Shown piece by piece: positions 8,290 to 16,839 of a DNA stretch of 42,324 nucleotides. The DNA comes from a virus (lineage: Duplodnaviria > Caudoviricetes), in the IMG/VR virus record IMGVR_UViG_3300032212_000037, positions 1 to 42,324 of that record; one strand, written 5' to 3'. Numbering within the stretch: the first letter of the stretch is position 1; every line of letters begins with the position of its first letter. The notes beneath the pieces are model-generated. The model ran no database searches. It was not told the DNA's origin and saw only the letters and a program-made list of their open reading frames with translations. Made by a program: the position numbers and the translations under genes.

Positions 8290-9538
8290 CCCCACCGTCA
8301 TCGACGTTCAACTGCTGGCGAAGCAACGCCAGTTCATCGAAGCCACCGAGCGCGAGGTCGGCTACTCAGGCGCCTATGGGGCAGGCAAGACCAGGGCGCT
8401 TTGCCTCAAGGCCTTGACGCGCGCTGTAGTCCCCGGAGCCCGCGAGGCCCTGGTCCGCAAGCACCTGGTCAGCCTCAAGCGCACGACGCTCAAGACGCTG
8501 CTCGAGACCGAGGGTGGCCTGCCTCCCGTGCTGCCACCCGGTTCGTACTCACATAATAAACAAGAGTGCTCTATCCGCATCAACGGCGGCGGGGAGATCA
8601 TCTACTTCGGCATGGACGACCCGGACAAAATCGGGTCCGTTAACGTGTCGGGGGTCGGCATCGATGAGGTGGTCGAGCTCGCCGAGGCCGATTACACCCA
8701 GCTCCGGGGCCGCATCCGTCTCCAGGCCGGCATCCCGAATCAAATCTACTGGGCCTGCAACCCCGGCCCCCCGTCGCATTTCATCGCGCGCCGATTCGGC
8801 CTGGCCCGTGGGGCTCAGCTCAAGGCCGGTTGCCTGGCGATCGAGACGCGGACGGATGAGAACACCTTTCTTCCGCCCGACTACGTGGCGGACGTGTCCA
8901 CGCTGGAGGGGGTTGCCCGGGAGCGATTCTTCCTCGGCAAGTGGGTCGGTGGCGAGGGCCTGGTCTACGACAAGTGGGACCGGAACGTCCACCTGGTCGA
9001 CCAGCCCGGGAAGACCTTCGGCCGCTGGCTGATCTTCGTGGACGACGGGTATACCAACCCGTTCGCGGCGTCGAAGTGGGGCGTGGACGGGGACGGTCGG
9101 ATCCACTGCGTCGGCGAGGTGTATGAGCGAGGGCTGATCGAGGCCCGCAAGCTCGAGCACCTTAAGCGCCTGGCTGGTGACGACCCGATCGAGTCGTGGA
9201 TAGTTGACCCGGCCGCTGCCGACCTCAAGGGGGCCATGCGTAATGAGCAGATGTTCGTCCCCGACGAGGTAGACAAGAACGTTTTCGACGGCATTCAGGG
9301 CGTCCAGAAGCGCCTGGCCGTGCAGGGGGACGGCCTGCCGCGCCTGACCGTGTCCCCAGAGTGCCCCAACGTAGCGGCCGAGTTCGAGACCTACGAATGG
9401 CGCAAGATGCCTGGGCACGGCAAGAGCGAGGACGCCCCGAGGATCGATGAGCCTAAGAAGGAATCGGACCACCATATGGACGCGATCCGGTACGGGGTCC
9501 GGTTCCTGGACAATGCGCCGGCTCTACCACGTTTCTGA
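8282..9538 (+). CDS. terL: Terminase large subunit
   Basis: Walker A GAYGAGKT, Walker B IDE, NP coupling motif, nuclease DxG and DHHMDAIRY. Confidence 0.95.
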   Translation: MTDPTVIDVQLLAKQRQFIEATEREVGYSGAYGAGKTRALCLKALTRAVVPGAREALVRKHLVSLKRTTLKTLLETEGGLPPVLPPGSYSHNKQECSIRINGGGEIIYFGMDDPDKIGSVNVSGVGIDEVVELAEADYTQLRGRIRLQAGIPNQIYWACNPGPPSHFIARRFGLARGAQLKAGCLAIETRTDENTFLPPDYVADVSTLEGVARERFFLGKWVGGEGLVYDKWDRNVHLVDQPGKTFGRWLIFVDDGYTNPFAASKWGVDGDGRIHCVGEVYERGLIEARKLEHLKRLAGDDPIESWIVDPAAADLKGAMRNEQMFVPDEVDKNVFDGIQGVQKRLAVQGDGLPRLTVSPECPNVAAEFETYEWRKMPGHGKSEDAPRIDEPKKESDHHMDAIRYGVRFLDNAPALPRF

Positions 9539-9596
9539 GACATGGGCGGAGTTTTCTCGGAAAAGTCTGGCACACACAGGCTGCGCTGTGGTACAC

Positions 9597-9670
9597 GGGG
9601 CCCGCTAAGGCCGCCCCGGCGCGCGGGCCCGCCCCCTTTGGGTAGCCGTCCGGGGTCACCTTAGCGCCCA
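9597..9670 (+). promoter_or_regulatory. Structured leader upstream of the portal gene
   Basis: cgctaagg/ccttagcg and ccccgg/ccgggg nested complementarity in the only large gap of the head module. Confidence 0.4.
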
Positions 9671-9673
9671 TTC

Positions 9674-11917
9674 TTGACTGCCCCGTTCAGCCGTTCAGGT
9701 CAAAACGGCGCCGGTAAGGCGCGGTCTTGGGGCATCCCGACCGACATGCTGGGCGGGTTATCGTCAGGCACGTTTGCGCAGCTATTCAGCCGCGCAGGCC
9801 TGGCGGATGACGAGGAACTGACCGACCCGTTCCTCCAGCACTGGGCCATCTACGCTTGCGTGAAGGCTCGAGCCCGGGCGATCTCCAGCGCTCCCTTCAA
9901 GCTGTGGGCGAGCGCGGCGGATGACGCCCCCGAGATCACCTCCGGGCCGCTCGTCGACCTGTTCAACCGCCCGCATCCGATGATGGATGGCGCCCGTACG
10001 TGGGCCCTCACGTCCGTCTACATGGACTTGAGCGGGGAAGCGTACTGGCTGCTGGACAAGAGCCGGACCAATCCGGGCCCGATGCGTGGCTCCCCTGCCG
10101 GGTCGATGGAAGCCACGATCGGCGTCCCCGCGACCGCGACCGTAGTCCCAGGCAACCGCGTCCAGGTCCAGTGGGATCGACGCACGGGGCTGCCCGAGTC
10201 CTTTGACTACAAGCCAGCCAACGGCGACCCGATCAGCTACCCGCCCGAGTCGGTGGTCTCGTTCGTGGACCTATCGTCGGCCGGCAACCCGCTACGGGGC
10301 ACGGGCGCTGCTGAGGCCCTGGCTCGCCGGCTGGAGGTCGACTTCAAGGCCGAGAAGCTGGAGATGGCCGCCGCCGACAATGGCGGCTTCCCGTCCGCGA
10401 TCGTCTCGTCTGAGATGCCGCTTACCGAAGCGCAGCTGGACCAGCTCGAGTCGCGGATGGAGCGCAGGTTCAACAACCCCGGCAAGAACAACGCGCCCGC
10501 CGTCCTGCCCTACGGGTTCGCCATGCAGAACCCGGGCTGGTCGCCGCAGGATATGGCCTTCCCCGAGGCTCGGGACTGGTCCCTTACGGCGATCATGGCC
10601 TGTTTCGGCGTCACGAAGCCGATTCTGGGGATCACAGACGACGTGAACCGCGCCAACGCGCGCGAGGCCAAAGCGGTGTTCTGGGAGGACGTGATTGTCC
10701 CTGCTCAGCGCGATCTGGCGAAGACGATCGACGAACGGCTGCTGTCCAGGCTGCGAGAGGCCACGGTCCCGCCTGGCGCCACGTCTAGCTTTGATGTCTC
10801 GCAGGTCGAGGCCCTTGGCGACACGCTCGGGGAGAAGATCGAGCGGTTCAAGATGCTCCGCGAGCTCGGCATCAAGCCCGAGAAGGCTGCGGAGTTGTCG
10901 AACTGGGAAGTGGACCTCTCTGACGACGACTTCGAGGAGCCGGAGCCGATCACGGTCATGGCCCCGCAACCGCCCACGGAAGGGCCCCAGGAGCCGCAGA
11001 AGGGCTTAGGCGCCCAGAATCGGGCGATGGCTCAGGCGCCGCAGACAGCGGAAGCCCGGGACGCCTACGCGCGCGCCTACGCCGACTGGTTCGGAGTTCG
11101 CGAACAGCGGATCGAGTCTCGCGCCCTGCTGGTGCAGCGGGGGTTCCTGGACGCCGTAGAGGCCAAGCTGTCCAACGCCGTGCGCCGGGCCGCCAAGGTC
11201 CGCAAGCCGGAAGCGCAAGCCAAGGCCGGCGATGCCGAATCGGACGCCCTGCGCGAAGAGTTGGCGATCCTGCTAATCCCGTCGCTGGAGAAGTGGGCCG
11301 AGACGTTCGCGGCCGAGGTTGGGCCAGAGCTCGCCAAGACCTACTTCGAGGCCGTGGCGAATATGGCCTCCGAGCTGGGCGTCTCGCGCCTAGTCCCCGA
11401 GACCGACATCAACGCCGTTGCGTTCCTGACGAACAAGCAGATCCAGCTCGCTGAGGGGGTCATGTCGACGCTGGCTGAGGAGGTCAAGCGGACGATGGCC
11501 CGGACCATCTTGGCGGGCGGCGACTTCACGCTGAACTCTCTGGCCGTCCAGATCGAGCAGCGCATGGAGGAACTGATCGCCCAGGTGCAGATCATGCGCG
11601 ACAGGCTCCCAGAGCGCGCCCAGCGCATCGCGCGGACGGAATCGACATCTGTGTCAAACGCTGCACGCGTGGCCGAGATGAAGCTCGGTGGCATCGCCGA
11701 GCACATGTGGATTCACCCCGATGGCGGCACCGGCGACCACCGCCAGGAGCACATCGACATGGGCGGAACGACCGTCCCCATCGGCCAGGAGTTCGGCCAC
11801 GGCCTGCGCTACCCGGGCGACCCCCAAGCGGGCGCCAGCCAGGTCGTGAACTGCCATTGCACAACCGCCCCCGTGTCGCCGTTCTTCGACGACTTGATCG
11901 ACGAGGTAGAGGACTGA
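9674..11917 (+). CDS. HK97-family portal protein fused to Mu gpF/SPP1 gp7-like head morphogenesis domain
   Basis: Portal motifs (AIYACV, SGEAYW, IMACFGV..ILG, NRANA); C-terminal RIARTE...H...LRYPGDP...NCHC; start codon uncertain. Confidence 0.9.
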   Translation: MTAPFSRSGQNGAGKARSWGIPTDMLGGLSSGTFAQLFSRAGLADDEELTDPFLQHWAIYACVKARARAISSAPFKLWASAADDAPEITSGPLVDLFNRPHPMMDGARTWALTSVYMDLSGEAYWLLDKSRTNPGPMRGSPAGSMEATIGVPATATVVPGNRVQVQWDRRTGLPESFDYKPANGDPISYPPESVVSFVDLSSAGNPLRGTGAAEALARRLEVDFKAEKLEMAAADNGGFPSAIVSSEMPLTEAQLDQLESRMERRFNNPGKNNAPAVLPYGFAMQNPGWSPQDMAFPEARDWSLTAIMACFGVTKPILGITDDVNRANAREAKAVFWEDVIVPAQRDLAKTIDERLLSRLREATVPPGATSSFDVSQVEALGDTLGEKIERFKMLRELGIKPEKAAELSNWEVDLSDDDFEEPEPITVMAPQPPTEGPQEPQKGLGAQNRAMAQAPQTAEARDAYARAYADWFGVREQRIESRALLVQRGFLDAVEAKLSNAVRRAAKVRKPEAQAKAGDAESDALREELAILLIPSLEKWAETFAAEVGPELAKTYFEAVANMASELGVSRLVPETDINAVAFLTNKQIQLAEGVMSTLAEEVKRTMARTILAGGDFTLNSLAVQIEQRMEELIAQVQIMRDRLPERAQRIARTESTSVSNAARVAEMKLGGIAEHMWIHPDGGTGDHRQEHIDMGGTTVPIGQEFGHGLRYPGDPQAGASQVVNCHCTTAPVSPFFDDLIDEVED

Positions 11918-12819
11918 TGGACGCACGCCTGATCCGCCAAATCGCCGCAGGGATTGCGTCGAATCACGACCTCAGCGCCGCTGGGGCAGAAGCCGTTATC
12001 CAAGCCAAGTGCGCCCCAGGCCCGAAGCGTCGATCGACTGCCGACGAGGCCGTCCCCGGCGAAGGCCGGACGGTCCGTTACGTCTGGTCCACCGAGCGCG
12101 TGGACCGCATGGGCGACATCGTGCGGCAGAACTGGGACCTCGGCAGCTTCTCTAGGGCCCCGGTTTCGCTCTGGGGCCACGACCATGACCGCGTGATCGG
12201 CCGAGCACTCGACTTCGGCGTCGAGATGGGCTCGCGGAAAGCCTTGGTGGGCACGATCGAGTTCGCCCCCGAGGGAATCGACAAGTTCATCGACAGCCGA
12301 TACAAGCTCGCCGCAGCCGGGTTCCTCAAGTCAACGTCGGTCGGCTTTCTGCCGCACACCACGGACCCCGTGCGGGACGCGGATAAGCGCAAGGAGCTGG
12401 GACTCGGCGATTACGGCGTCGTCTTCGAGCGGAACGAGCTGCTGGAGATCAGCGTGGTGGGGGTCGGGGCGAACCCGGACGCCACGGAGCTAAACATGGG
12501 CGAGGCGGTCCAGCGCGGGATTCTCTCGGCTGACGAGGCCGAGGTATTCATGCGCGGAGAAACGCAGCTCACAGAGCGCGACTGGTTCTCACGGCTCGAG
12601 CGGATGGCGCCCCAGTCGGCTGCCCCGGACTTCGACGCGATCACGACCGAACTGGCTGCGCTGCGGGACACGATCCGCGAGCTCGCCGCCCACATCAAGA
12701 ACACCGACCCCAACGGGGATGCACCTTCCGAGCCGGTAGCCCCGGCTAGCAAGGGCTCCGGCCGGCGCGGGTGGGACTACTCAACCCTCCTCGCGGACCT
12801 GGGCAAGCAGCTCGGGTAA
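11917..12819 (+). CDS. HK97-family prohead protease
   Basis: DRMGDIV, LWGHDH..IGR, STSVGF, ELLEISVV..GANP. Confidence 0.92.
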   Translation: MDARLIRQIAAGIASNHDLSAAGAEAVIQAKCAPGPKRRSTADEAVPGEGRTVRYVWSTERVDRMGDIVRQNWDLGSFSRAPVSLWGHDHDRVIGRALDFGVEMGSRKALVGTIEFAPEGIDKFIDSRYKLAAAGFLKSTSVGFLPHTTDPVRDADKRKELGLGDYGVVFERNELLEISVVGVGANPDATELNMGEAVQRGILSADEAEVFMRGETQLTERDWFSRLERMAPQSAAPDFDAITTELAALRDTIRELAAHIKNTDPNGDAPSEPVAPASKGSGRRGWDYSTLLADLGKQLG

Positions 12820-12850
12820 GCGACACCCCGACCGAAGCAAGGAACCCACT

Positions 12851-14143
12851 GTGCAATACGAAGAAGCACTCAAGAACGCCGTCAAGGAGTTCAAGGAAAG
12901 CCAGGCAATCGCCCTGGCCGAGCGCGACGCCGCCCATGGCGAAGAGCGCGCGAAGCTGACCGAGCAAGTCGAGCGACTCGGCACCAAGATCGAGGCGCTG
13001 GAGAAGGCGGCCGAAGATCACGTCAAGTCCATCAGCCTCCCCGGCGTCGAGTACGACGCGGACGGCACCAAGGAGAAGCAAGCGTTCTCCATCTTCCGCG
13101 CCATGCAGCTCGCTGCGGCGCAGACCGCGCCCGACAAGTTCGGCCGCTTCTCCACCGCCAAGTCGCACGGATACGAGCGCGAGGTGATGGAGCAGGCCGA
13201 GAAGCGCGGCATGGAGATGCCTGGCGAGCAGCGGACCTACAACGTCGGCACCGACCAGGCAGGCGGCGTGTTCGTGCCGATGGAGGTTATGTTCGACAGC
13301 GTGATCCCGCAGCTGGAGGCCCAGTCGGTCATCCGCCGCGCGGGCGCCACGTCGATCAGCGGTCTCCGGGGCAACCTGTCCTGGATCGTCGAAGAGGGCG
13401 GCTCGGTCGCGTACTACGTCGACACCGAAGCCGAAGAGTCTGTCACGGAGTCGGTCGAGACGTTCAGCACCCTGAACGCTCAGCCGCACACCATGGCGGC
13501 CATGCAGAAGTTCAGCCACAAGCAGCTTCTCCAGTCGGCGGTTGCGATCGAGCCCTGGGCCCGTGGTCGCATCGCAACGAAGTTCGCCCTGCGCGAAGAC
13601 CTGACCGCCCTGACCGGAACTGGCACCGCCTCGCAGCCGCGCGGCCTGCTGAACGTGACCGGCTTGTCGACGGTCGACTTCGAGACCCCGACCGGCGTCT
13701 ACTCCGGCGCCACGCAGACCCTTTCAGGTGATGCCACCGAGATGGTCTACACCCTCAAGAACGCCAACGCCTACGACCCGGCCGGCAAGTATGCCTGGGT
13801 TGCGCAGCCGGAGGTCGGCGAGAAGCTGTCCAAGGCTCTGGACGCTGACGGCCGCCGCCTGTTCCTCGACAACGACCAGGCGAGCCTGGATCGCTGGATG
13901 GGCTACTCGTTCCTCGACTCGACCCAGTTCGACTCGGGCTCGACCACGGACGCCCGCCTGATCTTCGGCGACTGGTCGAAGCTGCTTCTGCTCCAGTGGG
14001 GCGCCATGCGCATCCAGGCCGTGCAGGAAGGCGACGACGCCAAGAAGCTCCGCATGTCGATCATCGGGTCGATGGACCACGACGTTCTCTGCACGCGGAT
14101 CGAAGCCTTCGCCCTCGCGTCCAACTTCGACCTCGACGGCTGA
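12851..14143 (+). CDS. Major capsid protein, HK97 fold, with N-terminal coiled-coil scaffold
   Basis: GGVFVP, GTG..QPRGLL, DADGRRL, IFGDW; follows the protease. Confidence 0.95.
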   Translation: MQYEEALKNAVKEFKESQAIALAERDAAHGEERAKLTEQVERLGTKIEALEKAAEDHVKSISLPGVEYDADGTKEKQAFSIFRAMQLAAAQTAPDKFGRFSTAKSHGYEREVMEQAEKRGMEMPGEQRTYNVGTDQAGGVFVPMEVMFDSVIPQLEAQSVIRRAGATSISGLRGNLSWIVEEGGSVAYYVDTEAEESVTESVETFSTLNAQPHTMAAMQKFSHKQLLQSAVAIEPWARGRIATKFALREDLTALTGTGTASQPRGLLNVTGLSTVDFETPTGVYSGATQTLSGDATEMVYTLKNANAYDPAGKYAWVAQPEVGEKLSKALDADGRRLFLDNDQASLDRWMGYSFLDSTQFDSGSTTDARLIFGDWSKLLLLQWGAMRIQAVQEGDDAKKLRMSIIGSMDHDVLCTRIEAFALASNFDLDG

Positions 14144-14158
14144 TCGGAGGCCATCACC

Positions 14159-14572
14159 ATGCAAACCACCCCCAGTCTTCACTTCAAGCCCGTCTTCGCC
14201 ATCGGGGCGATCGATGCAACGTCCACCCAGACGAGCGCAGCGATCGACTCCCGGGGCTTCGACTACGCCCTCCTCCTCGTCAACCTCGGCGTCTTGGACA
14301 CTACGGCCACCCTGGTCGTCAAGGTCCAAGAGTGCGACACCTCTGGCGGCACCTACACCGACATCACCAGCGCGACGTTCACCGTGGACGTGGACGCCGA
14401 TGACGCTTCGGTGGCTGCCGGTCAGATCCGTCTGCACGGCCGCGAGCGGTACCTCAAGGTCGTTGGCACCTACGGCGGCTCGGCATCGGTCGCGTTCTCT
14501 GCGACGCTGGTCCTGACCGGCGCCCAGTACACAGCCGACGACGCCTCCCCGACGATGGAGTTCTCCGTCTGA
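14159..14572 (+). CDS. Putative capsid decoration/auxiliary protein (paralog 1)
   Basis: Beta-rich, directly after capsid; VQECD...TYTDI...IRLHGRERYLKV. Confidence 0.7.
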   Translation: MQTTPSLHFKPVFAIGAIDATSTQTSAAIDSRGFDYALLLVNLGVLDTTATLVVKVQECDTSGGTYTDITSATFTVDVDADDASVAAGQIRLHGRERYLKVVGTYGGSASVAFSATLVLTGAQYTADDASPTMEFSV

Positions 14573-14973
14573 TGAAGTCCCCGGAACGGTTGCTCGATCA
14601 CAAAGGCATGTTTCCGCCCCTGGTCTACGCAGGGACGAACAACAGCGCCGCGAAAGATACGAAGTCCGCGCGCTACCTGGTGATCCTGCCCTACACGGGC
14701 GCAATCACGGCAGCGACGGGCGTGCTTACCCTCGAGGAGTCCGCTACGGGCGCCTTCGCTGGTGAGGAGTCGACCGTTTCGGGGGCCTCCCACACCATCA
14801 CAGCCCAGAACACAGCCCAAGCCCCTGGCCTTATTAGGCTGCACGGGCGCGAGCGGTATATCCGGGGGGTGCTGGTGGTCGCCGGGACCAGCTTCATCAT
14901 CGGGGTTTCGTACGTCCTGTTCGACCACGAATACGACGACGACTTCTCGAACACCTTCGAGTACACGGTCTAG
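14572..14973 (+). CDS. Putative capsid decoration/auxiliary protein (paralog 2)
   Basis: Shares LEES...IRLHGRERYIRGV with the upstream gene. Confidence 0.7.
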   Translation: MKSPERLLDHKGMFPPLVYAGTNNSAAKDTKSARYLVILPYTGAITAATGVLTLEESATGAFAGEESTVSGASHTITAQNTAQAPGLIRLHGRERYIRGVLVVAGTSFIIGVSYVLFDHEYDDDFSNTFEYTV

Positions 14974-14980
14974 GCCATTC

Positions 14981-15030
14981 GCCCCCTAGCGGGTTCGCCC
15001 GCCCTCTCTCCCACCGCCCGCTGGGGGGCA
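14981..15030 (+). terminator. GC-rich stem-loop after the capsid/decoration genes (terminator or mRNA stabiliser)
   Basis: gccccctagcggg...cccgctggggggc outer stem; alternative gcggg-ttcg-cccgc hairpin; no U tract. Confidence 0.45.
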
Positions 15031-15039
15031 CCTTCCGCC

Positions 15040-15255
15040 ATGCACATCCGCTACCGAGTCAAGCCCGGCTGCACATTCCTGATCCACGGCCACGTTGCCG
15101 GTCGTGCGGGGGATGTCGTGGAGGTTGACATGGCTGCGGAGGGAAGCGCGGAGCTCGTCGAGAGCCAGGTCGAGAAGCTGGACGCGATCGGCCCCGTGGT
15201 CGACGACCGAGAGGGCCGATATAAGAATCGCGAGATGCGGGGGTCTGACCGATGA
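15040..15255 (+). CDS. Small head-associated hypothetical protein
   Basis: 71 aa; AGDVVEV motif common in post-capsid genes; ATGA coupling. Confidence 0.6.
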   Translation: MHIRYRVKPGCTFLIHGHVAGRAGDVVEVDMAAEGSAELVESQVEKLDAIGPVVDDREGRYKNREMRGSDR

Positions 15256-15842
15256 CGCTGCTGGACCTCACGACTCGAGCCAAGGTCAAGGAGCGCCTGG
15301 AGATCGAGAGCACGGACGGCGATCTCGACTCGCTGATCGAGCAGATTATTACGGCTGTCTCGTTGGCGGTGGAGCGGTACTGCGATCGAGAGTTCTACTC
15401 CGAATCGCGGACCGAGTATCACCACGTCGACACCCGGGACCAGGCTGTCTCTCTGCGCGCATACCCGATCACGTCCATCGCGTCGATCAAGAACGATGCG
15501 GACTGGGACTGGTCCAACGTGACCGCCGAGACCACGACCAACTACGATCACGACGATGAGTCGGGGCTGGTCTACTTCCTGGTGAACCTCGAGAAGGGCC
15601 GGCGAGCTCTCCAGGTCGTCTACACGGGCGGTATCGAGACCGCTGCCGCCGATGTGGTGAGCAACTACCCCGACCTGGCGGACGCAGTTACGACGCAGGC
15701 AGCCTACGAGGTCAAGCGGCGGGACGCTCAGGGCGCCTGGTCGGTCAACCTATCGCAAGGCGGCGGGGTCATGAACACGGACGCCCTCCGGCTTTTGCCT
15801 GGCGTCAAGGAACGGCTTGCGTCGTATCGGCGGATCGTCTGA
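15252..15842 (+). CDS. Head-tail connector/adaptor (HK97 gp6-like)
   Basis: VKERLEI...D..IEQII...VERYCDREF, YPITSI, YTGG, PDLADAV, LASYRR. Confidence 0.85.
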   Translation: MTLLDLTTRAKVKERLEIESTDGDLDSLIEQIITAVSLAVERYCDREFYSESRTEYHHVDTRDQAVSLRAYPITSIASIKNDADWDWSNVTAETTTNYDHDDESGLVYFLVNLEKGRRALQVVYTGGIETAAADVVSNYPDLADAVTTQAAYEVKRRDAQGAWSVNLSQGGGVMNTDALRLLPGVKERLASYRRIV

Positions 15843-16486
15843 TGTTGACGGTCAAGCTGGACACGGCCGCCTTCGAGCGGCTCATCAAGCAGCGTATGCG
15901 GATCATGCCCGAGATCGGGCGGGCTGCTGTGGACCAGGTGGCGCAGATGCACCGCAAGCAGGTGCAAGCTGGCTTCAAGGGATACAGCGGCGACCCGAAC
16001 ACGGGGCGCAAGCTCCAGAACCGATCGGGGGCCCTGGCGCAGCGCCTCGCGGTCCGCCCTGCGGCCACCTACCCCGGCGACATCCGCGCCGACAGCTACG
16101 TGGCCGGCCCTCTGGCGTATGCCAAGATCCAGGAGTTCGGTGGGGTCGTCAGGCCGAAGAAGGGGAAGTACCTGACAATCCCCCTGCCCGACGCGCGCAC
16201 GTCCAACGGCGTGACTCGGAACTCAGCCCGGCTCGTCAAGCGCGGACGCGAGTGGCACACAGCCCAGGTCGTCCCAGGCGCATCAGGCACGAAGACCCAC
16301 ATTCGCGGCAAGGCCATCGGTGTGGACGCGCGTGGCGGCGACTTCATGCCGCTCTATGCGCTCAAGAAGTCGGTCAAGATCCCGGCCCGCCTGCGCTTCA
16401 TGGACACGTTCAAGGAGCAGAAGGCCAAGCGGCGCAAGGTCTACGCCCGCGTCGTCAAGGCTTTCGCGGAAGGGCGGGGCCTCTAG
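15842..16486 (+). CDS. Neck/tail completion protein (Mu gpG/HK97 gp10-like)
   Basis: RSGAL, YAKIQEFGGVVRPKKGKYLTIP, VKIPAR; basic. Confidence 0.75.
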   Translation: MLTVKLDTAAFERLIKQRMRIMPEIGRAAVDQVAQMHRKQVQAGFKGYSGDPNTGRKLQNRSGALAQRLAVRPAATYPGDIRADSYVAGPLAYAKIQEFGGVVRPKKGKYLTIPLPDARTSNGVTRNSARLVKRGREWHTAQVVPGASGTKTHIRGKAIGVDARGGDFMPLYALKKSVKIPARLRFMDTFKEQKAKRRKVYARVVKAFAEGRGL

Positions 16487-16839
16487 TGGCGACCTTCTCC
16501 ATCGACCCCGAACAGGTCGACCCGATGCACGCCAGATCCGTGCTTGCCAGCGACGCCTCGAGCGGCTTCGTGAGCGGCCGGCAGACGAACACGGCTGTCA
16601 GCTCCGCGAGCAGCCAGGCCGAGCTCCAGTCGTGGGAACTGTCCTGGGAGTACGCCAGCGCGTCCGACTGGTCGACGGTCGAGGGCTACTGGAACAGCAC
16701 CAAGGGCGGGGCCCAGTCGATGACGTGGACCCCCCCGGGCGGATCGTCGCTGACCGTCCGAATGACCGATTTCAGCGCCACTTCTAACGCGGAGGCCAGC
16801 GGGTATCGGATGCGCGTTGTCCTGGAGGAGATCCTTTGA
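16486..16839 (+). CDS. Small gpM/Dit-like tail protein
   Basis: WELSW...YWNSTKGGAQSMTWTPPG...LEEIL resembles lambda gpM-like proteins; TAGTG overlap start. Confidence 0.6.
   Translation: MATFSIDPEQVDPMHARSVLASDASSGFVSGRQTNTAVSSASSQAELQSWELSWEYASASDWSTVEGYWNSTKGGAQSMTWTPPGGSSLTVRMTDFSATSNAEASGYRMRVVLEEIL

Noticed and set aside
9568-9585. Sigma54 promoter-like TGGCAC (also ~1025 and ~37240)
   Set aside because: The required GG-N10-GC spacing is not met
15817-16485. Upstream extensions of ORF-track calls (15817, 25291, 11707, 30140, 4195)
   Set aside because: They overlap real genes in other frames; true starts are the coupled codons at 16486, 25564, 11917, 30587 and 4267
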